Made by a program: the position numbers and the translations under genes. A stretch of DNA of 64,000 nucleotides from the NCBI GenBank assembly GCA_028534125.1, contig CM052816.1, forward strand, positions 41,232,001-41,296,000, in the 5' to 3' direction. The stretch is from Lama glama. Taxonomy: Eukaryota. Below are positions 37,331-49,990 of this stretch, one piece after another (within the stretch, counting starts at the first letter, position 1; each line of letters begins with the position of its first letter). Below the pieces are notes generated by a model, which saw only the letters and a program-made list of their open reading frames with translations, searched no databases and was not told where the DNA came from.

Positions 37331-40300
37331 TGAGAAATATCTAGAAGGAAATCTGCTGCATTATAAATGTTTGAAAGATTTTTAAATGCAGAGAACACAC
37401 AGCTTAGCGCATTAAAGTCAAATGCACCAAAGCCCCAAAATACAGTCTTCTTTATTATGCTAAAACTAAAGGAATTTATCCTCTCCCTCATTCCAAATAG
37501 CATAATGCAAACTCACTTTCCATCAACCGTCTGGCCATATCCAGTTTTTCATCTGAATCTGAAATGCGAAGGCATCAAAGAGAAGGAAGGACAGGAATAA
37601 ATATATGGTTTCTCTGCCCTCTGTCCCAAGTCATCCATCATCCCATCTCCTTATCCTTAACTAAGCCGGTAGCAAACTGGGATGCCCCCGTCTCTTATCC
37701 ACAGGTCTCTTTTGGTCTAGAAAGTCTCTCCACTACTTGCTTCGTTTTATGGTTACAGAAAAAGGACTTCAGCTGTTCAAGAAATCAAGAAGGCACATAA
37801 CAGTATTTCAGGAAGTTTTCTTTCAAGGTGGTTTACATAAGCAGTGGGCTTGGGACCCTTTCTCAATAAAGGAAAAGAAAGAACAACAACTTAGAACCCT
37901 TATCCCCTCCTGCTAACTCCCTACTCCTGTGAAAACTAGAGAATGTTCTTCTCCTTCCAGTCACTCCACACACCCTGAAACTTTCCTGAGCTCATCCACC
38001 CAAGGGCTCAACCCCAGAAGCGAGTGTGCCCGTGACCTACCAACTTCTGTTCTCCAGTCACTTCTCTAGGATCCTTTCCTTCCCTGAAGCCTGGGAAATT
38101 TTCTAGTTTTGGAGCAGAGCAACCTCCCCCTCTCCAAAGCCCCTAATAGTTCAGTTCAACTCTGACGTTCACTCCATTCCCCTGAGAGCTGGATATTTCA
38201 GAGCCGAAAGTCAGGAAGAGCTCTTTCTGTGTGATTTCCGTTCTGTTACATCTGTCCCTGGAGGTGAGGCTCAGCTGACAACCTTGCTGTTTGCACAAGA
38301 GCAGGGAAAGAATGGAAATAGGAAGAGAGGAAACACCAGTGAGTTCACTGCACTGAAATGTGATGGAGAAACTTATGTGCACAAATATTCATAACGCAAG
38401 GCAACAAGGGTAAAGGAATGATCAGCTTCGTAAAGGGAGGGGAGACCCCCATTCAGGGTAGGGAAGAGACCAGAAAGGGCTCTGGACAACAATGTAGCTT
38501 TCAGGCTGCAAGAGGGATTTGACAGACAGAAATCTGACAGACAGAACTTCCCAATCAAGTTTGAGTGATGACACAAAGCCAGCGAAATCCACTGTTTTTA
38601 TGGAAGGCAAATAATTTTGTTTGAAAACTTCAAACACCATCTTTGTCTGTAAGAAGCTTCAATTTAGAATGAAACAGAGTAATCTTATGAATACCCCACA
38701 CAGGGATAACCACAAATTGCTCCCAAGTCCTAGCTAACTGAAGACATTTTTATCCCATGGCTAAAAACAGCCTTTGTAGGGACTCCTGAATAAATCAGTC
38801 CATAAAGGACTCAATTACTCTGCTAAAGCTTTTCTGTCAGTTTGGCACATGTGTCCATTAATTTTAAAAGCACCAGGCCCCAACTGATGTGTTGTAAGAA
38901 TTCAAGAAGCTCTGCTGCTGTGTGAGACCATCATGTTCGGCTTCTGACTTATGTTAAGGTCACAGAAAAAGAACTTAAAACTCTTATACCCACTACTCCT
39001 CTACTGCCAAGCACAACATCTTCCAGACACAACATAAGGGAACTGACTCATGCATAATCAATTTTTTTTTCATTTTGACCACTGCATCTTCCTGACCCCA
39101 GCATGTCTACATGGCACTGCTTCATGACAGTGTAATTTATTTCTTCCCAAAATTACACTGAGGTATACTTTGTCAGTTTGTTTTGTTCATTTGTGTAGAT
39201 GTTAAACTTTTTTTTTTAAACACTTTTTATAGAGTCAGAATTCAATCTTGGTTGAAAGAAAACATGAGAGGATTCTTTGTGGAATGGATTAAGTGAATAG
39301 ACTATAAAAAAGATGAAATAGTTCAAGGTTAAGAAAAAATTCTGTGTTGAACTAAGAAATACTTTAAGTACTATGTTATGTTAGTCACAAACACTTCAGT
39401 ACTATTGCCTGAGAAAATGGTAATTTTTAGAAACCAACCTTTTACCTCTGAAAAAAATGCAATTTCCTCACAATAGTGGTTTATTGGATTTTTTTCTTAT
39501 TGTATCTAGCTCAAAACTGACACTTATCTGTCATCACTGGGCCTTTGGGATTTGCATTTTATTAACTTTATCACTTTATCATATTTGCAGATCTTAAGCC
39601 CGGCCCAATAGTAAATCTCTCTGTAGATTAATAAAGATGAAATACATAGATAAAATCTAGGAACCTGAAAATCAAGAAAACTCCTTTATTGGCCATCTTT
39701 TTCTTAATGCTGAAGGAATTATCTAAGCTGTTTTTGTGGGAGAAAGTGTCTGCTTCTAAAATATGAGTTTAATTTCTGAATTACCTCCATTTCGAATTCT
39801 TCAGTCTTAATCACCTAAATCTCGCTTTTTCCTTAGCAATATATTACATTATTTCAAAGTTACACTAATGGTCAAGAAAGTAATCACTGGACTATACGTT
39901 CAAGCACTTAAAGTACTTCTAAGAGCTAAACAGAAGTTTACATATACCCATTAGTAGAAACTGCCTCAACTTGAATCCATATTGGGTGGTTCTTTGGGGG
40001 TGGGGCCTGTAGTCGTGGAAAATGTTCTTTCTTCAGTGTATTAGTCAAGAATGTGGGGGTAAACAGAAAAACAGAATGCTAACTGCCTTGTAATCCAGAA
40101 CAGTCAATCTCTGTTCATGGTGCAAAGTAAGTGTTTGTATGTGGGTGACCAATTAACACCTTGTCAACCAAGAAGAGCAGTTACTGAACATACACCTGTA
40201 TCCAGGACTGCACACTTCCCAAGTCTGGATGAGATGGGATCAAAAAGAGAATAAGGCTATCACTCTACATTTCTGTGACTTGAAAGCAAGGCCTTTCCTG

Positions 40301-43149
40301 TGGTTCCAGCAGAGACCCTGAGCACTTTGAAGATGGGCATTCAACATTTCAATATAAAAAAATGTAGTAATATAGCTACTTTCTTATATCCTGTAAGTTT
40401 ACCTAGATTCTACCATCATTAAAACTACTACAAAACTGAAATATTTTTAGCCATGTGGGAAGAAGGCCACAATTATTTGACCATGTGTCTTCTACTCTCT
40501 GTCTCCTCTATCCTCTGTAAGATGTGTCATTCATTTGTGTTGTCCAAGGTCAGAGAAAACCACCACTTATCCATTGCTTCCTCCAAGAAACCCAGAAACT
40601 TCAGGAATGTCTATAACATTCTGACTTACCAAGAGCATACTAGAAAACCAAAAAAATGGTGGGGGGGGAGGGAAATACTCCAGTTTCCCTTAGTGGTCCA
40701 CTATAAGGATGTTCTCCAAATATTGGTTTAACTCTTCTTAAAAATACATTAAGTTAAAGCATATTTAAGTATTACTATTACTGTTACTCTAAGTTTTAAC
40801 ATGTATCCCATTCTTCGAAAAACCTGTGGAAAATATTTTATACCCCTTCAGTCATATTTTGCTTTACAAACCTCAGAGAATGACAAATACCGATGAGTCA
40901 TTTGTAATGATACAATTTCCTGAATTTCTACACTTCAGCCTTATCAAGTACAAGCATGCATGTCTCTGTGTCCAGCAACGCAAGAAGCACTTGAGCCTTT
41001 TCCCTCAAAGCATGTAAGGTCAAGTTGGTGCTCGATAACTTCAGAATTAAGTGACGTAAAGTTAAGTTCAGTTTTTCTTAAGACTGAGGAGTCCCTGGTG
41101 GTTTCTCGCTTGCTTTGTTTCATATAGAAATCATCCTGCCTTTTTAATGACAGTAAATTCACGTGGCAATTGGGAAGGTTTGTTATCCTCATTTTTGACT
41201 CACCAAGTTCTTGTCAATAAAATGAGTATCACCTCATGTAGTGGGAACAGTCCTGGGGAAGCCCTTTCTACTGAACCCTATTATGCCTGTCTCACTCAAC
41301 TTCTTACCAGTTGTTACTGCCGATGTTTAGAACACTGTCAAGATTTTACTATGCTCCCCTCTCCTGCAAGCAAGCTCTGTCCCTTCCGCCCGCACCTCCC
41401 CCTTCTCCCTTCCCCCAGCCCTTTGCTTCTTTTTCACTCTCCTTTCCTCTGGGAAACTTCTTTTATAAAGTGCTGCACTTTATTGCTCTTCTCTCTTTTC
41501 TTATCATCTGCCTTCTGTCACAGCCCAGCTGGGAACTGACTGAACGAAAAAAGCGAGAGCTGGAATTGTTTCAAGTCATTTTCTTCTGAGCCCCAGGACA
41601 CCCCAGGAGCCCATTCATCTACTTCTCACCTCTTTGCAACCTTCTCTCGTCTCTTCCAAGCACTAGGCTAAAACTACAGAACAGCATGTGGCAGCCTGTC
41701 ACCAAAGGAAACACGTGGTCCCAAACCCCATTATCATTATGACATTTGATGCCCTAGACAGTGAGACTAATGTATTGCCTCTGCCAACACTTGTCAAGTC
41801 AAGAAAATTATAAAATGTAATCAAGTTACCCATCTTTGTCTGCACGCTGTGCGGTGTCTTGTCTCCGACTGTAATTAAATGGGATGTACGTATTGAAATT
41901 AGGGGATCCACTAGCTATTAGTGAGCTTTGTGCTGGAGAAGTCTGCTGTGAAGGTCTGCTTAGGACTCCTAAGATGAACATTTGCCCTTTTCCATCTTTA
42001 CTATAAGGAATAAATTGGTTAGAGTAAGGGGGAAAACGTGGGTAATAGCCAAGGATGCTAAGCATGGAGCAAGAAATGTGACATTAAGTACCAGAATAGC
42101 CACAATCTCCCATCCAGCTTCAGTTCCAGCAGAGAGAAGCTAGTGACTCCCAACACCAAGAATCGGTACTTTTATGTCAACTAAAAGGTATCTTTTTTAT
42201 TAATCAAATTGTTATTTATATAAAGACCCTTACATAGAGGTATGAGGGCATGCATATGTTCACAGGGTGGAAATAAGTGAAAGAAAGAACTATTGTAGCC
42301 ATTAAACTTAATAAACCACAAGAATGAATATAAAACCACACTATAGTCTGTCTAGGTTATATACGAATTCTAAGCTGAGAAGCCTTGGACATTTCCCATA
42401 ACTACACAGCAAAAACAAAGTGAGGATACCACTACTGGGAAAGAAAACAGGTTAAGACGCATGTTACTGGATTTTATTTGTGTTCTTATCTTTTTTATTC
42501 CCTAGCTTTGAGGGAAATGCTTTCAAAACTCATTACAGGCTTGAGTGTGGCTCCTTTATATAAAGTAATAAACTGTTTTAACTGTAGGTATTACTTTATG
42601 GGAAATTTTTACTGGGCTTTTAAACTTCAACTGTCAGAACTGTCACTCTGCCTTTCTAATGAATTGAGCAAGACTGCAAATACTTTCCAGTTGTTACAAT
42701 TCAGATGGAGTCACAGCACAATCAAAGCAGAGTCCGGTACACTGTCAGAAGGGGGAAAAAATGAGGTCATGAATGCTAAGTACTGAGGTATCCTCTCTGA
42801 ATGTGTAGGCAAGGACTGTAAGGTTGTTTACTTTTCCAGTATTGTTATTTTCTCCACAAATCAGAAAAACAAAATAATACATGTTAACACTGCTCCTTGC
42901 GTTGCTGAGCTGAAGCTTCACACTATTCCTAAGACCCCCCCCTAAAACCTTCTAATGATTTTATATCTTCTCACTTCTTCAAAGTTTCTAGTCCATGGGT
43001 TGTTATTAATTTGCCTGAATGTTATGAAAGAGACTCCAGGATGTTCCCTAATGTCCGTGTGGTTTTGTGACTCCGTTTCGCTCATTCGGAAAAGGGCAGC
43101 CATGGTGATTGCAACTTCTGAATCACATTCTTATCAGAAATTGCCCTTC

Positions 43150-43410
43150 TTCATTCCCATTCCTATAGCCTTGAATGCACGCTGGGTGCTTGTGTGATAG
43201 CTCTGTCCACACAGACAAGGGAAACATCCTGAAAAATGGTGGGCCAATCCAACACAAGAAGCCTGGTCCTTGAACACCCTCCTGGATCAGCCTCAACCAC
43301 ATGCCTTGGATGGTTTCTTGTCTGTTACATGAGAGAGAAGTAAGTTTCTGCTTCTTTGGGTCACTATGTTTGACTTTTTTTTTTTTTTAAATAGCAACTC
43401 AGCTTATCCT
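43150..43410 (+). mobile_element. Old MaLR LTR fragment (MLT1J/K-like)
   Basis: aagaagcctggtccttga, tgttacatgagagagaagtaagtttctg..tcactatgttt, atagcaactcagcttatcct. Confidence 0.5.
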
Positions 43411-45269
43411 TTATCTATTCCAATTGTTTTGTTTTTTTCCTTGTAATTCTTGCTTTTTAATAAGAATTTAAAGATGTTCAGATAAGAATAGAATTTAAAG
43501 ATAAGTATTTAAAGAAAAAGTCCCAGTGAGTAAATTTCAGAAGTAACACACACGATAATGTTGATACAGTTAGAAAGTGTTTATATAATTTATTTATTTA
43601 TATTTATGTAATTTATATATAGTGATTTTATTCATCCAATGTCCTATAATGCTGAATTGTGAAAAATACAATTTCACTTGAGTAACTTTAATACTTCAAA
43701 ATTAGCAAGAAAGTTTAAATACACATACTCAAAGATTTCTTAGCTATATTAAATAAGAATCTGTATGGAAGGAACCTACATTGGTCATTCTGATGTATAC
43801 AAAGGAAATTCTTAAAAATCCCATGCCTTGCCCCCCAAAAATGCTCCTGCTAATCTAAGCAGTACGGGGGCACTGAGAGGTTAGGTATAAATGGATTTAT
43901 ATTAACTCTTACACTCTTCTGAAAATCCTATGGCCAAAACCAGTTGCTTTTCGATTGCTGTTGAGTACTCCGTGACAAGAGACATTACTGGTAGCAATAC
44001 CAGGGGAAAAACCTGTGCAGAAACTAAGAGTAGGAATTTACCCCCAGAACTTGCTTTCCAGGGCTTAGAGGAGACATACATAGACTAAGGTAATTGTCAT
44101 TGAGTATTAAAAATCCTTTCATTGGTATCTGAAGACTAGTCTCCCTACCATTGACCTGTGTCTTTCCAATGCAGTTTGAGCACTTAAAGCTCAAATATAT
44201 GAAAAGCACCAGTGCTCCATGGCCAGCTAAAAAGGGTGGAAGACAAACAGATATGAAGTTAACTATCTAACAATAGTCTTGCACATTTATAATCCAGTGT
44301 AAGTTTATCAAAAAGAAAAAAGAAGCTGTTTGATATTCTATCATTTTCAAGATGATAAAGACACCAGGTAAAATTCTGTCAAGTACATAATAAACTTAAT
44401 ATTATTTCTCTTATTCTGGAGAGCATAATTCTAGTCTGCCTAAGAATAAGAACTCATCTACTTCTCCATAAAACATGAACATTTCAGACATAAAGTAATT
44501 TAAAGAACGCATTAAGGAGATTGAAGACTTCTACTCAACGGATGATGGAGAACCCCAAACTGTGAATATTTATGCAAACTTCAAATACAAGGAAATTGCT
44601 GGTACATGAGATTATGTTTACACATAGAACATCCAAATTGGAATTCACCCTGAGCAGAATTCTTCTTACAGAGTCAAATAAATCAACATGAAGTCAATGG
44701 GAAATAAAAATACGGAAAGAGGCAAGGAAAGGACAAATTGTCCCAGGTCAAATAATAAAGACTGAAAAATCTGATATAACCTGAAGGAAGACATTCAATT
44801 TTCCCAAACTGATGCATTAAAGACTCACAATGACCCATTTGTCAGAGTTCTTATCACAGCACCCAGCACAAAATGGATTCTCAACGAACATTAGCTTCCT
44901 TCCTTCTTCCCACTTTCTTCTTTGATTCCATACATTTTTTTCCTCTTAATTCCCAGTACTGCCTGCTTCCGTGTTCTACTTTTGGGAGCCCTTCTGGAAG
45001 CTCTCCATGTAATTAGTCATCACAGAATTATTTTATCTCCAGGTTCCTTGGTTCCCTCACATTGTCTTCCCATGAAACTAACCAAGAGCACATCTCCTGC
45101 TCCCACAGTTAATGCTTCTATGCATATGCTAAATTCCTTTTGTTTTCCTATTTCTAGAGACATCACTTTCACAATGGCTCCCTGCCTTCATGAATCTGCA
45201 ATGTTCTCTTCTGTATCTTTCTTCCTATCTCCCTTTAGTTATAATTAAACATCTTCTTTCCAAGAATTC

Positions 45270-46500
45270 TAGTTTTGCCCTCTTCCCATTCTTATTCTTC
45301 CATTCAATGCTAGACTCATTGTTTATAAGTCCCCATTATACTGCTTCTAAGTATTTTCCAATTTTTTCCCTGAAATTTATTTTCTCCACTTATATTCATG
45401 CAACTACTACCTCAAATGCAACAATGAACTTTCTCAATCTATTTAACCTTTCTGTGCCAGTTAGTAAAAAATATCCAACTTGAAATACCTTGATTTTCAA
45501 GACTGCACTCTTGTTTTTCTTAGGGCTTCAGTTTCCTTTCTTGTAATATGGTTTAATTGAACTAATACACTTGACATGCTTAGATTAGTACATTCATATA
45601 GAAACTGCTCAATTTTTGTTTTAGTCCTTATGTCTAAAGCATCCTGTCTTCAGTGTCCAGACCCAAGATCTAGAATAGTGTCCCTCTGCCCTTCTCACCA
45701 TTGAAATGGCTGCTCATTTACTCACAATGCTTCTCCATGCACTTCATTCCCAAATGCATACCCCAACCTCACCTTTTATATCTGCATCCCCTATATACAA
45801 CTGCCACCTGAGCCCTTCACTTGTATGTCTTGCCAGCTATGGAAACCCATTCCAAAACCAGCTCCTTGGTCCTCAATCCTGCAGGTTTAACCATTTTTAA
45901 TTTTCTTGATTATCTACACCCCCGTATACAATACGTAACCTAAGTCTTGATCCTTATTCAAAATACCTGAGTTATCCATTTCTCTCCATTCCTATAGTTC
46001 CTATAGTTCTTCCCAATTGTCCGTTTTCCCTCAAAATCCTTCAACATATTACTGTCAAACCATTATCCCCAAAGCATTCTAGTCACTGTCAATCTCATTG
46101 AAAGTCATGATGCAGTCCATCATCTCTGCTTTATATTTCATGTTTTACTTTTCCTGGACTCCATACCTCTGAGACAGTGCTTCTTCTTATGCCATGACCT
46201 GTTCCCCTATCCCAGTCCCCCGGGTTGCCTTCTTCCTTCTCTCGCCCATCCATTTCCATACTGTGCTATTCTTCTCACTTCTAATTCTTTCTCCCCCTGC
46301 CTTCAAAAAGATAGATTCCGCCCGTAATTCAAGATTCATTCTCATTTTTTCATAAAGTTTTCCCCAACTCCTACTGCATTTTGTTCAAAATCTCCCAATT
46401 GGTCCAAAGTAAAAATTGGACAGTTCTGCACAGCTTTTATCTTTGCTGATGTGCATTATATTCCATCTTCAGCAATTCATCATCTGTATCAAGCACTGAT
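45270..46500 (+). mobile_element. Highly diverged L2 fragments
   Basis: Long pyrimidine-rich stretch with L2-like motifs (tatccaacttg, ccagacccaagatctagaa, atccatttctctccattcc, gcactgat). Confidence 0.45.
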
Positions 46501-48063
46501 TTTTGATTTATGGTTTTGTTTTAAGACACAAAAACCTAAAACCAGAGGGTGGTGAAGATCAAATGATAGCAAGTCACGTGAGAAAGGGGACTTATTAGAA
46601 AGGAATAAGAGTTTGGCACTGTTTACAGTTGTATTTAGTTTTCAGTAATTCAGTGAAATGTACATTTCTATGTGATTTCTTTTTTGTGTATTTTATTCTA
46701 ATAAAAACTTGAAAATAAAAAGATTAAGAAAAATGACATGAAACATGGACACGAAATTTTATCTAATTCCCAGTATTGCTTTGGCTCAGTCCTGGGGTTG
46801 AAACATGAGAAAGTAAGAATCCACTAAGGTCAACAGGAATGCTGGAAAGAGAACAAGAACCATACCAGTGTCTACCAGGAGCTGGACTGGAGAGCAGAGA
46901 CACTGCCTCTGAGTGACAGTGACTGATTACCAGTGGCATCTACACTTATTGTCGAGCGGTGTAATTCCTTCGGGCCCTCTCTCAACTTAAAGGAGGTGTT
47001 CCTTAAATCCATCCACTTTCTTTGCTCTGGCTCATTCTGTGCTTGCCAAAGCCATCTATTACTCACCAACGGGGTTTCCCACATATATTGATGTCAAAAG
47101 AGTGGTGTCCTGAGAAGACAACTGGTTCCAGTTATATATTGCACTAGGTGGATCTTACTTTATAAATAAGCCAGACTCTGGTTTACAAATCCATCTCTTC
47201 AGAGTCTGATTACTGTGAATCAGTTTATCAACATGCGAACTTAGGAGAGTTAGCTGTTCTCCTTAGGCCATTAGCCAAGGAGAAAACCCTAGAACAGAGA
47301 GAAGGACAGCACAGCAATATAGGAAGCACTGAATTATCTGCCTCCTTACAAGCCCCCTTAGCAATACTAGAAGAGAAAGGAGAAATCTAGACCTCTGCAC
47401 AGATGTTTATATCTAAATTTACTTTATTATAAAATTAATCAGGTGAAATGGGCACCAGATAAGGAATAATCCTCATCTGACATACTATAAAATCTAGACA
47501 TTCAACTTCTTAAAATCCCACTATTTTTGCCCAAGAACCATATTACCTCTTTACCTTCCTTCCTGGAAAGGGAGGGATGGTACTCTTCTCTGAGCTGTGA
47601 CTCAAATGGCACTTGATTTCTAAATGTCCTCTCAACTCTTTAAAACCTTACATGATATTCATGTCTGAAACTTTTTTTCTCTTAAATCAAATAAATCATA
47701 AAAAACTTAACCTTTGAACATTAGGAAATCCCCCACCATTCACATCCTACCCAGGTAATGCCTCTATCTTTCCATTCTCCTTATTGCCTATATTTTTCAT
47801 GTAATATAAATGGGCAAGTATGTGGAAAAGCAAAAAGGTAAAAATGGTGTGTATTCAGGCCAGATAAAGCACAGCCTTCTTAGAGACTTGGGACCTTTCA
47901 TGGCAGGCAATAGGGAGAAGCTCTTAAAGGTTTCAGAGTAGGAGCAATACATGTTTAGGTTTGTGTCTTAAATGACTTCAGCAATTGTTGGAAGATGGAT
48001 TTGAAGTAAACAAAATTGGAAGCAGAGATCCCAAAGAGAAGATTTCAGTAGCATAATAAGAGT

Positions 48064-48499
48064 TGAAATCCTAAGATAAAGATAAAGTGGGCGGGGTGGG
48101 GGGGCCTTTCCTGGAAATCGTCCCTTCCTCAAAGTAGTTGGAATAATCCTCCTACTCATTAGCACGTGAGATTACCAAGCCCATAAAACCTAACAACCCC
48201 GCACCTTGTGGTCACTCTCGCTTGGCCTCTTGCCTCTGAGACGCCTGCTCTCTGTCTATGGAGTGTGAATTTACTTTTGCTTTAAACACCCCACACCTCT
48301 CGGCTTCTCTCCCTCTCACCTTTCTGAGATGGCTCACATTCTACCTATGGAGTGTGTATCTCCTAAGCCGTTTTCCCTTCTGAGAGAGACAGACCGCACT
48401 CCACAGAATGTGTCTCTCTAAATAAACTTGCTTTCAATTTACAATGCCTTGCTGTTGAATTCTTTCCTGCATGAGGCAAGAACCTATTCTCCCCTGACA
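48064..48499 (+). mobile_element. ERV1 solo LTR, MER41-like
   Basis: TG...CA termini; GC box, GAS site TTCCTGGAA, E-box CACGTG, TATA-like cataaaa, internal ctatggagtgtg repeats, AATAAA (48421); U5 tgaattctttcctgcatgaggcaagaacc resembles the MER41 3' end. Confidence 0.75.
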
Positions 48500-48833
48500 A
48501 TACGATAGAGAACCAGGAGAAGTTAACGCAGGAGGAAGGATTTTAAGTCAGCCTGAAAATGGTGACTCGAGGTGTCAAAAGTATACTGTGGTGGAGATCT
48601 CCGGCAAGCAGCTGAATGTATTAATGAGGCTCTGAGGAAGTTTTGGACTAGCCTTATGAATTTGGAAATGGAATATAAATGACAGCCAAAAATATTACGA
48701 TAAATGAAGCTAACTAAAGCCAGTGTGAAGCAAAAGAACAAAAGGCAAAAGAACCAAGACCCAACTTGGACAAGTCGATGAGGAAAGAAGAGCCCACCCA
48801 GGACACAGAGATGGAATAAACAAAGATAAAGGA

Positions 48834-48990
48834 GGGGGGAGGGTATAGCTCAGGGGTAGAGTGCATGCCTAGCATGCACAAGGTCCTGGGTTCAATCCCC
48901 AGTACTTCCATTAAAATAAATAAATAAACCTAATTACCTCCCTCCAAAATAAAAAAATAAATAAAACATAAATACTTTTTTTTTTTTTAA
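48834..48990 (+). mobile_element. Camelid vic-1-type SINE
   Basis: ggggagggtatagctcaggggtagagtgcatgcctagcatgcacaaggtcctgggttcaatccccagtac followed by aaataaataaacctaattacctccc; TSD aaaggag. Confidence 0.93.
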
Positions 48991-49599
48991 GAAAGGAGAC
49001 TGGAAGAACAGGGCATTTAAATCCAGCTTTCATGGTGGAGAAGGAGTAATCCATGGTGCCAAGTTCAGGAGAAAGGTCCAAATTCGCAAGCAATTTATTA
49101 GTGACTTTTGAGAGAGCAAGCAGTTTGCTGATTAGAATGTGTTGAAAGATGAAAGACAAATGGAGACACAGCAATTAAACACCAGCAAATTGAGAAAATG
49201 AATAGATATAGAGAGGAGGCCACAAATAATTAACAGAAATGCGACATTTAAGTCCAGGGGATATTTTTTATATAAAATGTTAAATACGTACTTCTATCAC
49301 AGGAAAGGGGACTAGTGGAGAAAAGATACCAGAGAGGGAAACTGACCAACAGTAAAGCAAGAACGGAAGTAACTGATGGGACGATGTCTTGAGGATGACA
49401 ATGTGGAAGGGCCAGCAACACACAGGAAGCACACACTCTCTGGAGACTAGGAGAACTAGATTGAAAGTTATTAAGGAAATAGTCTTTGGCAATTCCAGTC
49501 TAGAGCGGGAGGGATCCCACAATAGTTTTCCCTTACCGTGTGTCCAGTCTACCCTTCTCCTAGAAATGCTACTTCTGGGGAAGTTTTGCTTTGAGGAAC

Positions 49600-49865
49600 T
49601 ACTCTTTCCTATGTCTTGGTCTTTATGGTTCGGGTACAGCTGAAACCATCCCCCCACCACCCCGCTGGACAGCAGCCAGTCTCCTGGAGAGCACACTCCG
49701 TTTACCTAGCCAAAACCAATAACTCAGGGAAGGCACGTGAACCACATAACGGAAGGATTTCTGCCATGAAGACCAAGCTGCCATGAGCCACTACAACTCA
49801 AGACTAGAACTGCTGAGGCCCATCTCACTCCCACAGGCGAGATGTGCATAAGACCAATGCAGGAA
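49600..49865 (+). mobile_element. Old MaLR LTR fragment (MLT1K/J-like)
   Basis: acctagccaaaaccaataac, gaaggcacgtgaacca, gaactgctgaggcccatct. Confidence 0.4.
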
Positions 49866-49870
49866 CCAGA

Positions 49871-49990
49871 CAGGTTGACCATGTAATTCATCATCTAAAC
49901 ACTTCTGTGCAGAACAAATGCTAAAACAGGTGCCAGGAAAACAGTATGAATGTGGACAATCACAGACAAAACAGAACCCACAGTCACCTG
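49871..49990. mobile_element. hAT-Tip100 MITE (MER96-like)
   Basis: Terminal inverted repeats caggttgacc...gtcacctg; the start caggttgaccatgtaattcatcatctaaac resembles the recalled MER96B 5' end. Confidence 0.55.

Larger units (their letters stand above)
47850..49420 (-). mobile_element. L2 fragment interrupted by an LTR (48064-48499) and a SINE (48834-48990)
   Basis: ggcaatagggagaagctcttaaaggtttcagagtaggag, ttggacaagtcgatgaggaaagaagagccc, gtgccaagttcaggagaaaggtcca, ttattagtgacttttgagagagca. Confidence 0.7.
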
